Below are positions 39,701 to 48,788 of a stretch of 64,000 nt of DNA, piece by piece; the stretch's first letter is position 1, and every line of letters starts with the position of its first letter. Below the pieces are notes generated by a model that saw only the letters and a program-made list of their open reading frames with translations, made no database searches and was not told where the DNA came from. The position numbers and the translations under genes were made by a program. Source of the stretch: Myxococcota bacterium (GTDB taxonomy: Bacteria; Myxococcota; B64-G9); the NCBI GenBank assembly GCA_022710975.1, contig JAKLGA010000009.1, positions 181,547-245,546 of the forward strand. Direction: 5' to 3'.

Positions 39701-42700
39701 TCAGCTGCAGTAGCCGTACTCCCAGGTGTTGTAGTATTCCCAGCAGCCGTACACGTACGAGTAGCACTCCGTGCCGCAGACGTACTGGCCGGAGCTCGTG
39801 TCGCACTCGCAGATCTGGTCGTAGTCGCAGTCCGCCAGGCCAGCGGGGCACTGGCACACCCCGCCCACGCAGATCTGGTTGTAGGAGCACAGCGGGCTGC
39901 CGGTGCAGCCGCCCACGGAGCAGTGGTCGCTTATCGTGCAGGCGTCGCCGTCGTCGCAGGGGGAGGCGTTGGGGGGGTTGGCGCAGCCGCCGCCGGCCGG
40001 CCAGCACTCGTCGTCGGTGCAGGGGTTGCCGTCGTCGCAGCTCAGCTTCGAGCCGCTCTGGCAGCAGGCCTCGCCCGCGGCGCCGTTGCAGGTGTCGCCC
40101 GCGGTGCAGGCGTCGCCGTCGGAGCAGGCGGCGGTGCTGGGCACGTAGCTGCAGCCCGAGCCGTCGTTGCAGTAGTCGTCCGAGCAGGGGTTGCCGTCGT
40201 CGCAGCTCGCGAGCAGGGCGCCGCCGCTGCAGGAGGTGCCCTGGCAGGTCTGCGCGTACCAGGCCAGACCGCTGCAGTAGGTCGAGCCGCACGGGAGGCC
40301 GTCGCCCGCCGCCGGGTAGCTGCAGCCGGCGCCCCCGTCGCAGCTGTCCGCGGTGCAGGGGTTGGGGTCGCCGCAGACCTGGATGATCTCGCTCCCGCCG
40401 CACTGCCCGCTCTGGCAGGTCTGGCGGCGCCACTCCAGCCCGCTGCAGGAGCGCGCTCCGCACTCCATCCCGTCGCTCACCGGGGGATGGACACAGCCTG
40501 AGCCCGGGTCGCACACGTCGCTGGTGCAGGGGTTCCAGTCCTCGCAGTCCGGCGCCACGCCGGCGACGCAGCTCGGGCTCTCGCACCGCTCCGGCCCGTT
40601 GCAGGCGTTGCCGTCGTCGCATTGCCAGTCCGAGGTGCAGGACTGGCAGACGGTGTCCGCACCATCGACGGCCCCGTCGCAGTCGTTGTCCAGCCCGTCC
40701 GCGCAGGTGGCCGAGCCCAGCGGTCCCTCGGTCGCTCCCGGGTGGATGGTGTTGTTCTGGTCATCGCAGTCCTGGCCGCAGGGCGGCGGGGCGTGGCCGT
40801 CGGAGTCGGCGTCGATGGCCTGGCCGGCGCAGGTCCCGCCGGCGCAGGCGTCGCCGCTGGTGCAGGCGTCGAGGTCGTCGCACGGCGCCGTGTTGTGGCT
40901 GTGCGTGCAGCCGTTCGCGTCGCAGCCGTCGTCGGTGCAGGGATCGCCGTCGTCGCAGGCGCTCGCATCCGGGCTGAAGACGCAGCCCGCGCCCTGGTCG
41001 CAGGTGTCGAGGGTGCAGGGGTCGCCGTCGTCGCAGGTCCGCGGCGTGCCCTGGCAGCTCGCGCCGACGCAGGTGTCGCCCTCGGTGCAGGCGTTGCCGT
41101 CGTCGCAGCCCCCGCCGGTGGAGACGTGGGAGCAGCCCTGCTGGGGATCGCAGAGATCGTCGGTGCAGGGGTTGCCGTCGTCGCAGCGCTCCAGGCACGA
41201 GCGGCAGGCCTGCGGGGAGCCCAGCGCGGTTTCGCAGCCCGGGCTGGCGTCGCAGTCGCCCTAGCCGGGCTCGCAGGCGCAGGCGCTGAGCTGGCAGGTC
41301 GCGCGCGAGCCGCAGACCCGCTCGCAGGAGCCGCAGTGCTGCGGGTCGTTGCTCAGATCGACGCAGGCGGTGCCGCAGCAGAAGCTGGCCTGGGTCCCGG
41401 GGCAGTCCGGCCCCGTGCCGCCGCAGGCGCAGGTCGCTCCGGTGCAGAGCTCGCCGCTGTCGCAGGTGGTGCCGTTGCAGGCCTGGCCGTTGCAGAGGCC
41501 GCCCTCGCAGCCGTAGGGGCAGTCCTCGGGGACCTCCGTGTACTGGCAGACGCCGTCCGCGCACTGGCCGGGGACCTCGAAGCGGACGCGCGCGTCGCCG
41601 CGGCACTCGGCCGGCGGCGGCTGGTCGCAGCCCTGGAGCTGTCCGTGGCACTCCTCGGCCTGGCAGACATCGCCCTGGGTGCAGGCGTCCCCGTCCGTGC
41701 AATCCTGGCCCCCGGGCGCCCAGGCGGGCTGCAGCGCGGCCGGATCGAACAGGCAGCGGAAGGTGCCCCAGGCGCACTGACGCGCCTGGCACTGGAGGGC
41801 CTCGGTGCAGATTTCACGCGGGCAGCACAGGCCATCCTCGCAGCGCTGCCAGTCCGCGCACTCCACACCCACGCAGAGCCTGGGCGCGCACACCCCCCCG
41901 GCGCACACCTCGCCCGCGCCGCAGGGCGTCGCCCCGCAGGCCAGCGGGTAGCAGGCGCCGGCCGCGCACTCCTCGCCCGAGGCGCAGGTCACCTGGGCGC
42001 ACGAACGCGGGACGCAGGCGCCCTCGAAACAGACCTCGAGGCCTTCGACGCAGTCCAGCTCCGGGCAGTCCGCCTCCAGGCACCAGCCGTTGGCGCATTC
42101 GAGGGCGCCGCAGTCGACCTGGCCGCAGCTGCGCTGGACGCAGGCGCCGTCCACGCAGATCTCGTCGTGGCCGCTGCAGAGCTCCTCGGTGCACTCGCTC
42201 GGGTAGCAGCGACCGCCGCTGCAGACCTGGCCGGTCGGGCAGACCACCTCAGCGCACGAGCGATCGCGGCACTCGTCCTCGATGCACACCTCGCCGTAGC
42301 CGGCGCACAGCCTGGTGGGGCAGTCCCTGGGGTAGCACCTGCCCGCGGCGCAGACCTGGCCGGTCGGGCACTGGACCGCGAGGCAGGAGGCCGGGGTGCA
42401 ATCCTCCTGCACGCACACCTCGCCCAGCCCGGGGCAGTTGCGCCAGTCGCAGGCCGACGGGTAGCAGTGCCCGTTGGCGCAGCCCTCGCCCGGGGGGCAC
42501 TCCACCCACAGGCAGGCCACCTCCTGGCAGGTCTCTCCGAGGCAGACGTGGCCGGGCGGGCAGCTCCGATCCGTGCAGCTCGTGGGCAGGCACTCGCCCC
42601 GGACCACGATCCCGTCCGGGCAGCTCCCGATCTCGCCGGAGTCGCAGCCGGCCGGACCCAGCACCAGGGACAGGCACGCGACCGCGAGCATGACGCGCAG

Positions 42701-42706
42701 TGCCAT
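39701..42706 (-). pseudogene. Cysteine-rich repeat lipoprotein, paralog of 42829..47589. It is interrupted by an in-frame amber codon at 41261-41263 and is otherwise a continuous frame of about 1000 codons.
   Basis: The same frame (coordinates congruent mod 3) runs on both sides of the TAG. ...CACEPG*GDCDASPGCETALGS aligns to the paralog's ...GCQPGFGDCTLDPGCETTLGS, with the TAG at the F position. There are no ATG/GTG/TTG codons between the TAG and 40558, which is why the ORF table splits the gene. GAGGAG RBS before the second ATG (MALRVMLAVACLSLVLGPAGC signal). Confidence 0.6.
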
Positions 42707-42828
42707 CGCTCCGCTCCTCGTCTGCATGACGACGGGGTCATTCTAGCCCAGATCGGCGGAATCCGCGATGCGAGGGCAGGAGCCAGGCCCGGAGCCAGGC
42801 CCGGCGGCGGTCCCGGGCGAACCGCGCC

Positions 42829-45800
42829 TCAGTAGTAGCAGGTGATGTAGCCGCTGCAGCCCGGGTAGTAGTACTCGTCGTAGCAGCAGTAGTAGTAGTT
42901 CGTGTCGCACTCGCAGATCTGGTCGTAGTCGCAGTCCTCGAGGCCGGCCGGGCACTGGCACACCCCGCCCACGCAGATCTGGTTGTAGGAGCACAGCGGG
43001 CTGCCGGTGCAGTTGCCCCCGGAGCAGTAGTCGCCGGTGGTGCAAGGGTCGCCGTCGTCGCACGGACCGGGCTTGGCGGGGTAGGCGCAGCCGGTGGCCG
43101 GGTAGCAGTCGTCGTAGGTGCAGATGTTCCCGTCGTTGCAGGGCGGCGTCACGTTGGGGTCGAACTGCGGGTGGCAGCAGGCCTCGCCCTGGGCGCCATT
43201 GCAGTAGTCGTTGGCCCCGGTGCAGGCGTCGCCGTCGGAACAGGGGTTGGTGTTGGGCACGTAGCTGCAGCCCGAGCCGCCGTTGCAGTAGTCGGTGGAG
43301 CACACGTTGGCGTCGTTGCAGTTCTGGATGAGCGCGCTCGACGAGCAGGCGCCCGACGTGCAGGTCTGGCGGCGCCACTCCAGGCCGCTGCAGTAGCGCG
43401 AGCCGCACTCGGTGCCGTTGGCGACGTTCGCGTTCGTGCAGCCGCTGGCGGCCGCGCAGGAGTCGTTGGTGCACTGCTGGCTGTCGTTACAGTTCTGGAT
43501 GAGCGCGCTCGACGAGCAGGCGCCCGACGTGCAGGTCTGGCGGCGCCACTCCAGGGCGTTGCAGTAGCGCGAGCCGCACTCGGTGCCGTTGGCGACGTTC
43601 GCGTTCGTGCAGCCGCTGGCGGCCGCGCAGGAGTCGCTGGTGCACTCGATGCCGTCGTTGCAGTTCTGCAGCCCCATGTCGCCGGAGCAGGTGCCGCTCT
43701 GGCAGGTGTGGGCGTACCACGCCAGGCCGATGCAGTAGCGCGCGCCGCACTCGGTACCGTTGGCGACGTTCGCGTTCGTGCAGCCGCTGGCGGCCGCGCA
43801 GGAGTCGTTGGTGCACTGCTGGCCGTCGTTGCAGTTCTGCACCAGGGCGTTGCCGCTGCAGGCGCCGCTCACGCAGGACTGCATGCGCCACTCCAGGCCG
43901 TTGCAGTAGCGCGAGCCGCACTCGGTGCCGTTGGAGGCGTTGGGGTTGGAGCAGCCGCTGGCGGCGGCGCACGAGTCGGTGGTGCACTGGTTGGCGTCGT
44001 TGCAGTTCTGCTGCAGCGCGCTCGACGAGCAGGCGCCGGACAGGCAGGTCTGGCGGCGCCACTCGAGGCCGTTGCAGAAGCGCGCGCCGCACTCGATGCC
44101 GTTGGCCACCGCGACGTTGGAACAGCCGCTGGCCGCGTTGCAGGTGTCGCTGGTGCACTCCTGGCCGTCGTTGCAGTTCTGCTGCAGCGCGGAGCCCGAG
44201 CAGGAGCCGGACTGGCAGGTCTGGCGGCGCCACTCGAGCGAGCTGCAGAAACGCGCGCCGCACTCGATGCCGTTGGCCACCGCGACGTTGGAGCAGCCGC
44301 TGGCCGCGTTGCAGGTGTCGCTGGTGCACTCCTGGCCGTCGTTGCAGTTCTGCTGCAGCGCGGAGCCCGAGCAGGAGCCGGACTGGCAGGTGTGGCGGCG
44401 CCACTCGAGGGAGCTGCAGTAGCGCGCGCCGCACTCGATGCCGTTGGCCACCGCGACGTTGGTGCAGCCGCTGGCGGCGTTGCAGGAGTCGCTGGTGCAG
44501 TCCTCGATGTCGTTGCAGTTCTGTTGGAGCGCGTTGCCCGTGCAGGCGCCGGACTGGCAGGTCTGCCGGCGCCACTCCAGGCCGTTGCAGTAACGCGCGC
44601 CGCACTCGGTGCCGTTGGCGACCGCCGAGTTGGTGCAGCCGCTGGCGGCCGCGCAGGCGTCGCTGGTGCACGCCTGGCCGTCGTTGCAGTCCTGGGCGAC
44701 GGCGGTGCCCGAGCAGGTGCCCGACTGGCAGGTCTGCATGCGCCACTCCAGGCCGTTGCAGGAGCGCGAGCCGCACTCGGTGCCGTTGGGGAAGCTCGGG
44801 TGGCTGCAGCCCGTGGCGGCCGAGCAGGCGTCGTTGGTGCACTGGTTGGCGTCCGCGCAGTTCTCGAGCAGGCTGTTGCCGGTGCACTGACCCGCCTGGC
44901 AGGTCGGCACCCGCCACTCGAGCGCGTTGCATACCCGCGCGCCGCACTCGGTGCCGTTGGCCAGGTTCACGTGCTGGCAGCCCAGGGCCTGATCGCAGGA
45001 GTCCGTGGTGCAAGGGTTGCCGTCGTCGCAGTCGAGCGCTGTGCCCGAGGTGCAGTTGGGCGGGTTGCAGCCCTCGACGCCGTTGCAGGCGTTGCCGTCG
45101 TCGCACTGCTCGGGCAGGGTGCAGCTCTGGCAGGTCGAGTCCGCGCCGTCGGTGGTGCCGTCGCAGTCGTTGTCCAGGCCGTCCGAGCAGACCTGCGCGC
45201 CGAGCGGGCCCTCTGGCATGCCGGGGTTCACGTTCGGGTTGTCGTCCAGGCAGTCGCCGCCGCAGGGCGGCGGCTGGTGGTCGTCGCCGTCGGCGTCGAT
45301 GAGGGTGCCCGCGCAGGCGCCGCCCGCGCAGGTGTCCCCCGCGGTGCAGGCGTCGCCGTCGTTGCAGGGGGCGGTGTTGTTGGCGTGGGTGCAGCCGCTG
45401 GCCGAATTGCAGCCGTCCGTGGTGCAGGGGTTGCCGTCGTCGCAGTTCCTGGGCGCGCCGCTGCAGGCGGCGCCGGAGCACGCGTCGTTGATGGTGCACT
45501 CGTCGGCGTCGTCGCAGGCGTCGGCGTTCGGGTTGTAGGTGCAGCCCGTGGCCGGGTCGCAGCCGTCGTCGGTGCAGTCGTTGCCGTCCGTGCAGGTCCG
45601 GGGCGCCCCGGCCTGGCACGCGCCGCCGGAGCAGGCGTCGCCCTGGGTGCACTCGTTGCTGTCGCTGCACGGACCCGTGTTGTTCGCGTGGGTGCACTCG
45701 CCGGTGCCCGGCTCGCAGCCGTCGTCGGTGCACGGGTTGCCGTCGTCGCAGCTCGAGCCGCCGGTGAACACGCACACGCCGCCCTGGCAGTGGTCGCCCG

Positions 45801-47589
45801 TGGTGCAGCCGTCGTTGTCGCTGCAGGCGGCCGCGTCGTCGTTCACGTGCTGGCACTGGCCGCTGGCCGGGTTGCAGTCGTCCTGGGTGCAGGCGTTGAG
45901 ATCGTTGCAGTCCTTGGGAACTCCCTGGCAGGTGCCGCCCGAGCACGTGTCGCTGTCGGTGCAGGCGCTGGCGTCGTCGCAGGCCCCGGTGTTGGGGGCG
46001 TGCTGGCAGCCCAGCTGCGCGTCGCAGCTGTCGTCGGTGCAGGGGTTGTTGTCCTCGCAGCTCTCCTGGCAATCGCGGCAGAAGGTCAGGCTGCCGAGCG
46101 TGGTCTCGCAGCCCGGGTCGAGGGTGCAGTCGCCGAAGCCGGGCTGGCACCCGCAGATCTGGCCAGCGCAGCTCCCGTTCGGGCCGCACAGGTTGTCGCA
46201 GCCGCCGCAGTTCTGGCTGTCCTGGGTCAGGTCAACGCAGACCGCGCCGCAGCAGAAGCTGGAGGTGTCGCCGGCGCAGTCCGGGCCGGTGCCGCCGCAG
46301 CGGCACTCCGTCCCCACGCACTGCTCGTTGGGAGAGCACTGGATCCCGTTGCACATCGCGCCGATGCACTGCCCGTCGGTGCAACCCTCGGGGCAGTCCT
46401 CGACCACCTCGGCGTACTGGCAGCTCCCGTCCACGCACGTCCCCGGGGAGCGGAAGCTCACGCGCTGGTCGCCCCGGCACTCGGGCTGCGGCGGCTGGTT
46501 GCAGGCCAGCGGCGTCCCCCGGCACTCATCCTGGGCGCACACGTCTCCCTGGGTGCAGCCGTCGCTGTCGGTGCAGTCCTCCCCCTCGGTCGCCCACACG
46601 GTCTGCTGCGTGGCCGGGTCGTACTGGCAGCGGAAGTTCCCCCAGCCGCAGGCGCTCGTGCTGCACTGCAACCCCGGGGTGCAGGTCTCAGGTGGGCAGC
46701 AGGCGCCGGCCTCGCATCGCTGCCAGGTGGCGCAGTCCACCCCCACGCACAGGCGCAGCTCGCAGGCTCCGCCGGCGCAGACCTCGCCCGACGGGCAGGG
46801 GGTGTCTCCGCAGGTGAGCGGGTAGCAGGCACCAGCCGCGCACGCCTCGTCGGCGCCGCAGGTCACGTGGGCGCACGAGCGGGGGACACACGTCCCCTCG
46901 AAGCAGATCTCCAGCCCGTCCAGGCAGTCCTGGCCGGACTCGGTACAGTCCGCCGGGAAGCACCAGCCGTTGGCGCACTGCAGGTCGCCGCAGTCGACGT
47001 TGGCGCAGGTGCGCTCGGAGCACACGCCGTCGACGCACACCTCGTTGTAGCCGTGGCAGTTCTCCAGGCCGCACTCGGTCGGGTAGCAGCGCCCGCCGGA
47101 GCAGGTCTGCCCGGCGGGGCAGGTCACCCCGGCGCAGGAGCGTTCCTGGCACTCGTCCTCGATGCACACCTCGCCGTAGCCGGCGCACACCTTGGTGGGG
47201 CAGTCCTTGGGGTAGCATCGGCCCGCGGCGCAGACCTGGCCGGCCGGGCACTGGACCGCGATGCAGGAGGCCGGGGTGCACTCCTCCTCCACGCACACCT
47301 CGCCCAGGCCGGGGCAGTTGCGCCAGTTGCAGGCCGAGGGGTAGCAGACCCCATTGGCGCAGCCCTCTCCCGGGGGACACTCCACCCACAGGCAGGCCAC
47401 TTCCTGGCAGATCCCGCCCAGGCAGACCGAGCCTGGCGGGCAGGTCCGATCCTCGCACGTCGTGGGCAGGCACTGCCCGTTGACCACCACGCCGTCAGGG
47501 CACTGGGACGAGATGGTGCCGGGATCGCAGCTGCCCAGCCCGAGGCACGGCGCGAGGAACATGAGGTAGCGAAGGCGGGACTGGCTCAT
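42829..47589 (-). CDS. Giant cysteine-rich repeat lipoprotein (1586 aa): a Cys-rich N-terminal domain, TIGR02232-type DGNxCT repeats, about ten 56-aa tandem repeats, and a Tyr-rich C-terminus
   Basis: GAGGAG RBS before the ATG. Signal MFLAPCLGLGSC. Repeat unit NGTECGSRYCNGLEWRRQTCQSGACSGNALQQNCNDGQQCTNDSCAAASGCTNANVA. C-terminus CECDTNYYYCCYDEYYYPGCSGYITCYY. Confidence 0.8.
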   Translation of the reverse strand: MSQSRLRYLMFLAPCLGLGSCDPGTISSQCPDGVVVNGQCLPTTCEDRTCPPGSVCLGGICQEVACLWVECPPGEGCANGVCYPSACNWRNCPGLGEVCVEEECTPASCIAVQCPAGQVCAAGRCYPKDCPTKVCAGYGEVCIEDECQERSCAGVTCPAGQTCSGGRCYPTECGLENCHGYNEVCVDGVCSERTCANVDCGDLQCANGWCFPADCTESGQDCLDGLEICFEGTCVPRSCAHVTCGADEACAAGACYPLTCGDTPCPSGEVCAGGACELRLCVGVDCATWQRCEAGACCPPETCTPGLQCSTSACGWGNFRCQYDPATQQTVWATEGEDCTDSDGCTQGDVCAQDECRGTPLACNQPPQPECRGDQRVSFRSPGTCVDGSCQYAEVVEDCPEGCTDGQCIGAMCNGIQCSPNEQCVGTECRCGGTGPDCAGDTSSFCCGAVCVDLTQDSQNCGGCDNLCGPNGSCAGQICGCQPGFGDCTLDPGCETTLGSLTFCRDCQESCEDNNPCTDDSCDAQLGCQHAPNTGACDDASACTDSDTCSGGTCQGVPKDCNDLNACTQDDCNPASGQCQHVNDDAAACSDNDGCTTGDHCQGGVCVFTGGSSCDDGNPCTDDGCEPGTGECTHANNTGPCSDSNECTQGDACSGGACQAGAPRTCTDGNDCTDDGCDPATGCTYNPNADACDDADECTINDACSGAACSGAPRNCDDGNPCTTDGCNSASGCTHANNTAPCNDGDACTAGDTCAGGACAGTLIDADGDDHQPPPCGGDCLDDNPNVNPGMPEGPLGAQVCSDGLDNDCDGTTDGADSTCQSCTLPEQCDDGNACNGVEGCNPPNCTSGTALDCDDGNPCTTDSCDQALGCQHVNLANGTECGARVCNALEWRVPTCQAGQCTGNSLLENCADANQCTNDACSAATGCSHPSFPNGTECGSRSCNGLEWRMQTCQSGTCSGTAVAQDCNDGQACTSDACAAASGCTNSAVANGTECGARYCNGLEWRRQTCQSGACTGNALQQNCNDIEDCTSDSCNAASGCTNVAVANGIECGARYCSSLEWRRHTCQSGSCSGSALQQNCNDGQECTSDTCNAASGCSNVAVANGIECGARFCSSLEWRRQTCQSGSCSGSALQQNCNDGQECTSDTCNAASGCSNVAVANGIECGARFCNGLEWRRQTCLSGACSSSALQQNCNDANQCTTDSCAAASGCSNPNASNGTECGSRYCNGLEWRMQSCVSGACSGNALVQNCNDGQQCTNDSCAAASGCTNANVANGTECGARYCIGLAWYAHTCQSGTCSGDMGLQNCNDGIECTSDSCAAASGCTNANVANGTECGSRYCNALEWRRQTCTSGACSSSALIQNCNDSQQCTNDSCAAASGCTNANVANGTECGSRYCSGLEWRRQTCTSGACSSSALIQNCNDANVCSTDYCNGGSGCSYVPNTNPCSDGDACTGANDYCNGAQGEACCHPQFDPNVTPPCNDGNICTYDDCYPATGCAYPAKPGPCDDGDPCTTGDYCSGGNCTGSPLCSYNQICVGGVCQCPAGLEDCDYDQICECDTNYYYCCYDEYYYPGCSGYITCYY
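43250..44950. repeat. Tandem array of about ten 168-bp near-identical repeats inside the CDS 42829..47589
   Basis: Blocks such as GCACTCGGTGCCGTTGGCGACGTTCGCGTTCGTGCAGCCGCTGGCGGCCGCGCAGGAGTCGTTGGTGCACTGCTGGC recur with few substitutions. Each encodes a 56-aa Cys-rich module. Confidence 0.8.
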
Positions 47590-47757
47590 GTCCGGTCTCC
47601 TCTCGGCATACCGATCTGCTGGGGAGATTCTAACCTGTTTACGAGCATTTGAACAGCGCGGCCGGGCAGCTCGGCCGGGGAGCGCGCGCGCCGCCTTCGC
47701 CCTTGAACCAGCCTGGGGCTCGGGCTATCCTCAGAGGCCGATTCCCTGGAGGTCTGC

Positions 47758-48762
47758 ATGCCGGGCATCGGCGTGATCTCGAACCGCAATGCGCGCCTGA
47801 ACAAGCTCTACCCCAAGCTCAAGGACCGCATGGCCTTCGTGGTCGGCAGGGGTGGAGAGGTGGCCTCGACCGGCTCGCTGGACGACGCGCAGCAGGCCAT
47901 CGAGGAGTTCAAGCGGGTGGGCATCGACATGCTGGCCATCTCGGGCGGGGACGGCACCGCCCACCGCACCATCGAATTGCTGATCAAGACCTACGGCCAG
48001 GACCCGCTGCCGCCGGTGCTGCTCCTGCCGACCGGGACCCAGAACATGGTGCCCGGCTCCTTCGGCATCCGCGACAGCGGCGTGGCCACGCTGCTGCTCG
48101 CCCAGGCGCGCTACCGCCACAACCTGCCCATGCGCTGCCTGCGGCGCAACGTGCTCAAGGTCAACGAGCACCACTCCTTCATGTTCGGCCTGGGGATCGG
48201 TCCACGCTTCCTGCAGGAGTACTACCGCCGGGGCAAGACCACCCCGGCCGGGGCCGCCTCGTTGCTGTGGGAGTACGGGGTGGACGCGGCCCGCGGCGGC
48301 GTGGTGGCCCGCGGCCTGACCGCGACCATCGGCATCCGCGCCCGGCTGGACGACGGCGCCGAGATCGAGATGCAACCCCACTCCGTCTTCGCCTCCTTCA
48401 TCGAGGAGCTCAGCCTGCGCTTCAAGCTGTTCCCGCGGGCCGGCTGGGACGAGAAGCTGTTCGAGGTGCTGATCGTGGAGGGCCACCCGGCCCTGGTGGT
48501 CAAGGCGCTGCCCTTCCTGTGGGTGGGCTCCATCCGGCCGCTGCAGGGGATCAAGCGGCACATGGTGCGCCGGCTGGAGCTCGTCCTCGACCACCCGGAG
48601 CCCTACACCCTGGACGGCGAGGTGTACGAGCCGACCGACCGCCTGGTGATCAGCGCGGGGCCGGAGCTGCGTTTCGTGGTGCCCGGGTTGCGGCTGCGGC
48701 CGGCCGACAAGCACCTGCGCCACGATCGCGTCGGCCCCTGGGAGCTGCGGTTCCTGGTCTGA
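47758..48762 (+). CDS. Diacylglycerol-kinase catalytic-domain (DAGK_cat/YegS-like) lipid kinase family protein
   Basis: GGAGG RBS. Motifs GRGGEVASTGS...AISGGDGTAHRT and LPTGTQNMV are typical of the DAGK_cat/NAD-kinase fold. Confidence 0.75.
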   Translation: MPGIGVISNRNARLNKLYPKLKDRMAFVVGRGGEVASTGSLDDAQQAIEEFKRVGIDMLAISGGDGTAHRTIELLIKTYGQDPLPPVLLLPTGTQNMVPGSFGIRDSGVATLLLAQARYRHNLPMRCLRRNVLKVNEHHSFMFGLGIGPRFLQEYYRRGKTTPAGAASLLWEYGVDAARGGVVARGLTATIGIRARLDDGAEIEMQPHSVFASFIEELSLRFKLFPRAGWDEKLFEVLIVEGHPALVVKALPFLWVGSIRPLQGIKRHMVRRLELVLDHPEPYTLDGEVYEPTDRLVISAGPELRFVVPGLRLRPADKHLRHDRVGPWELRFLV

Positions 48763-48788
48763 GCGCCCCACCCGACGAGGAGCCCCCC

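Noticed and set aside
43171-47652. 1493-aa plus-strand ORF and the 900-aa minus-strand frame-shifted ORF (43487..46189) inside the giant Cys-repeat gene
   Set aside because: Ala/Gly/Arg/Val or His/Arg/Leu low-complexity translations of the repeat array. Only the frame giving Cys-rich modules with a signal peptide and RBS is credible.
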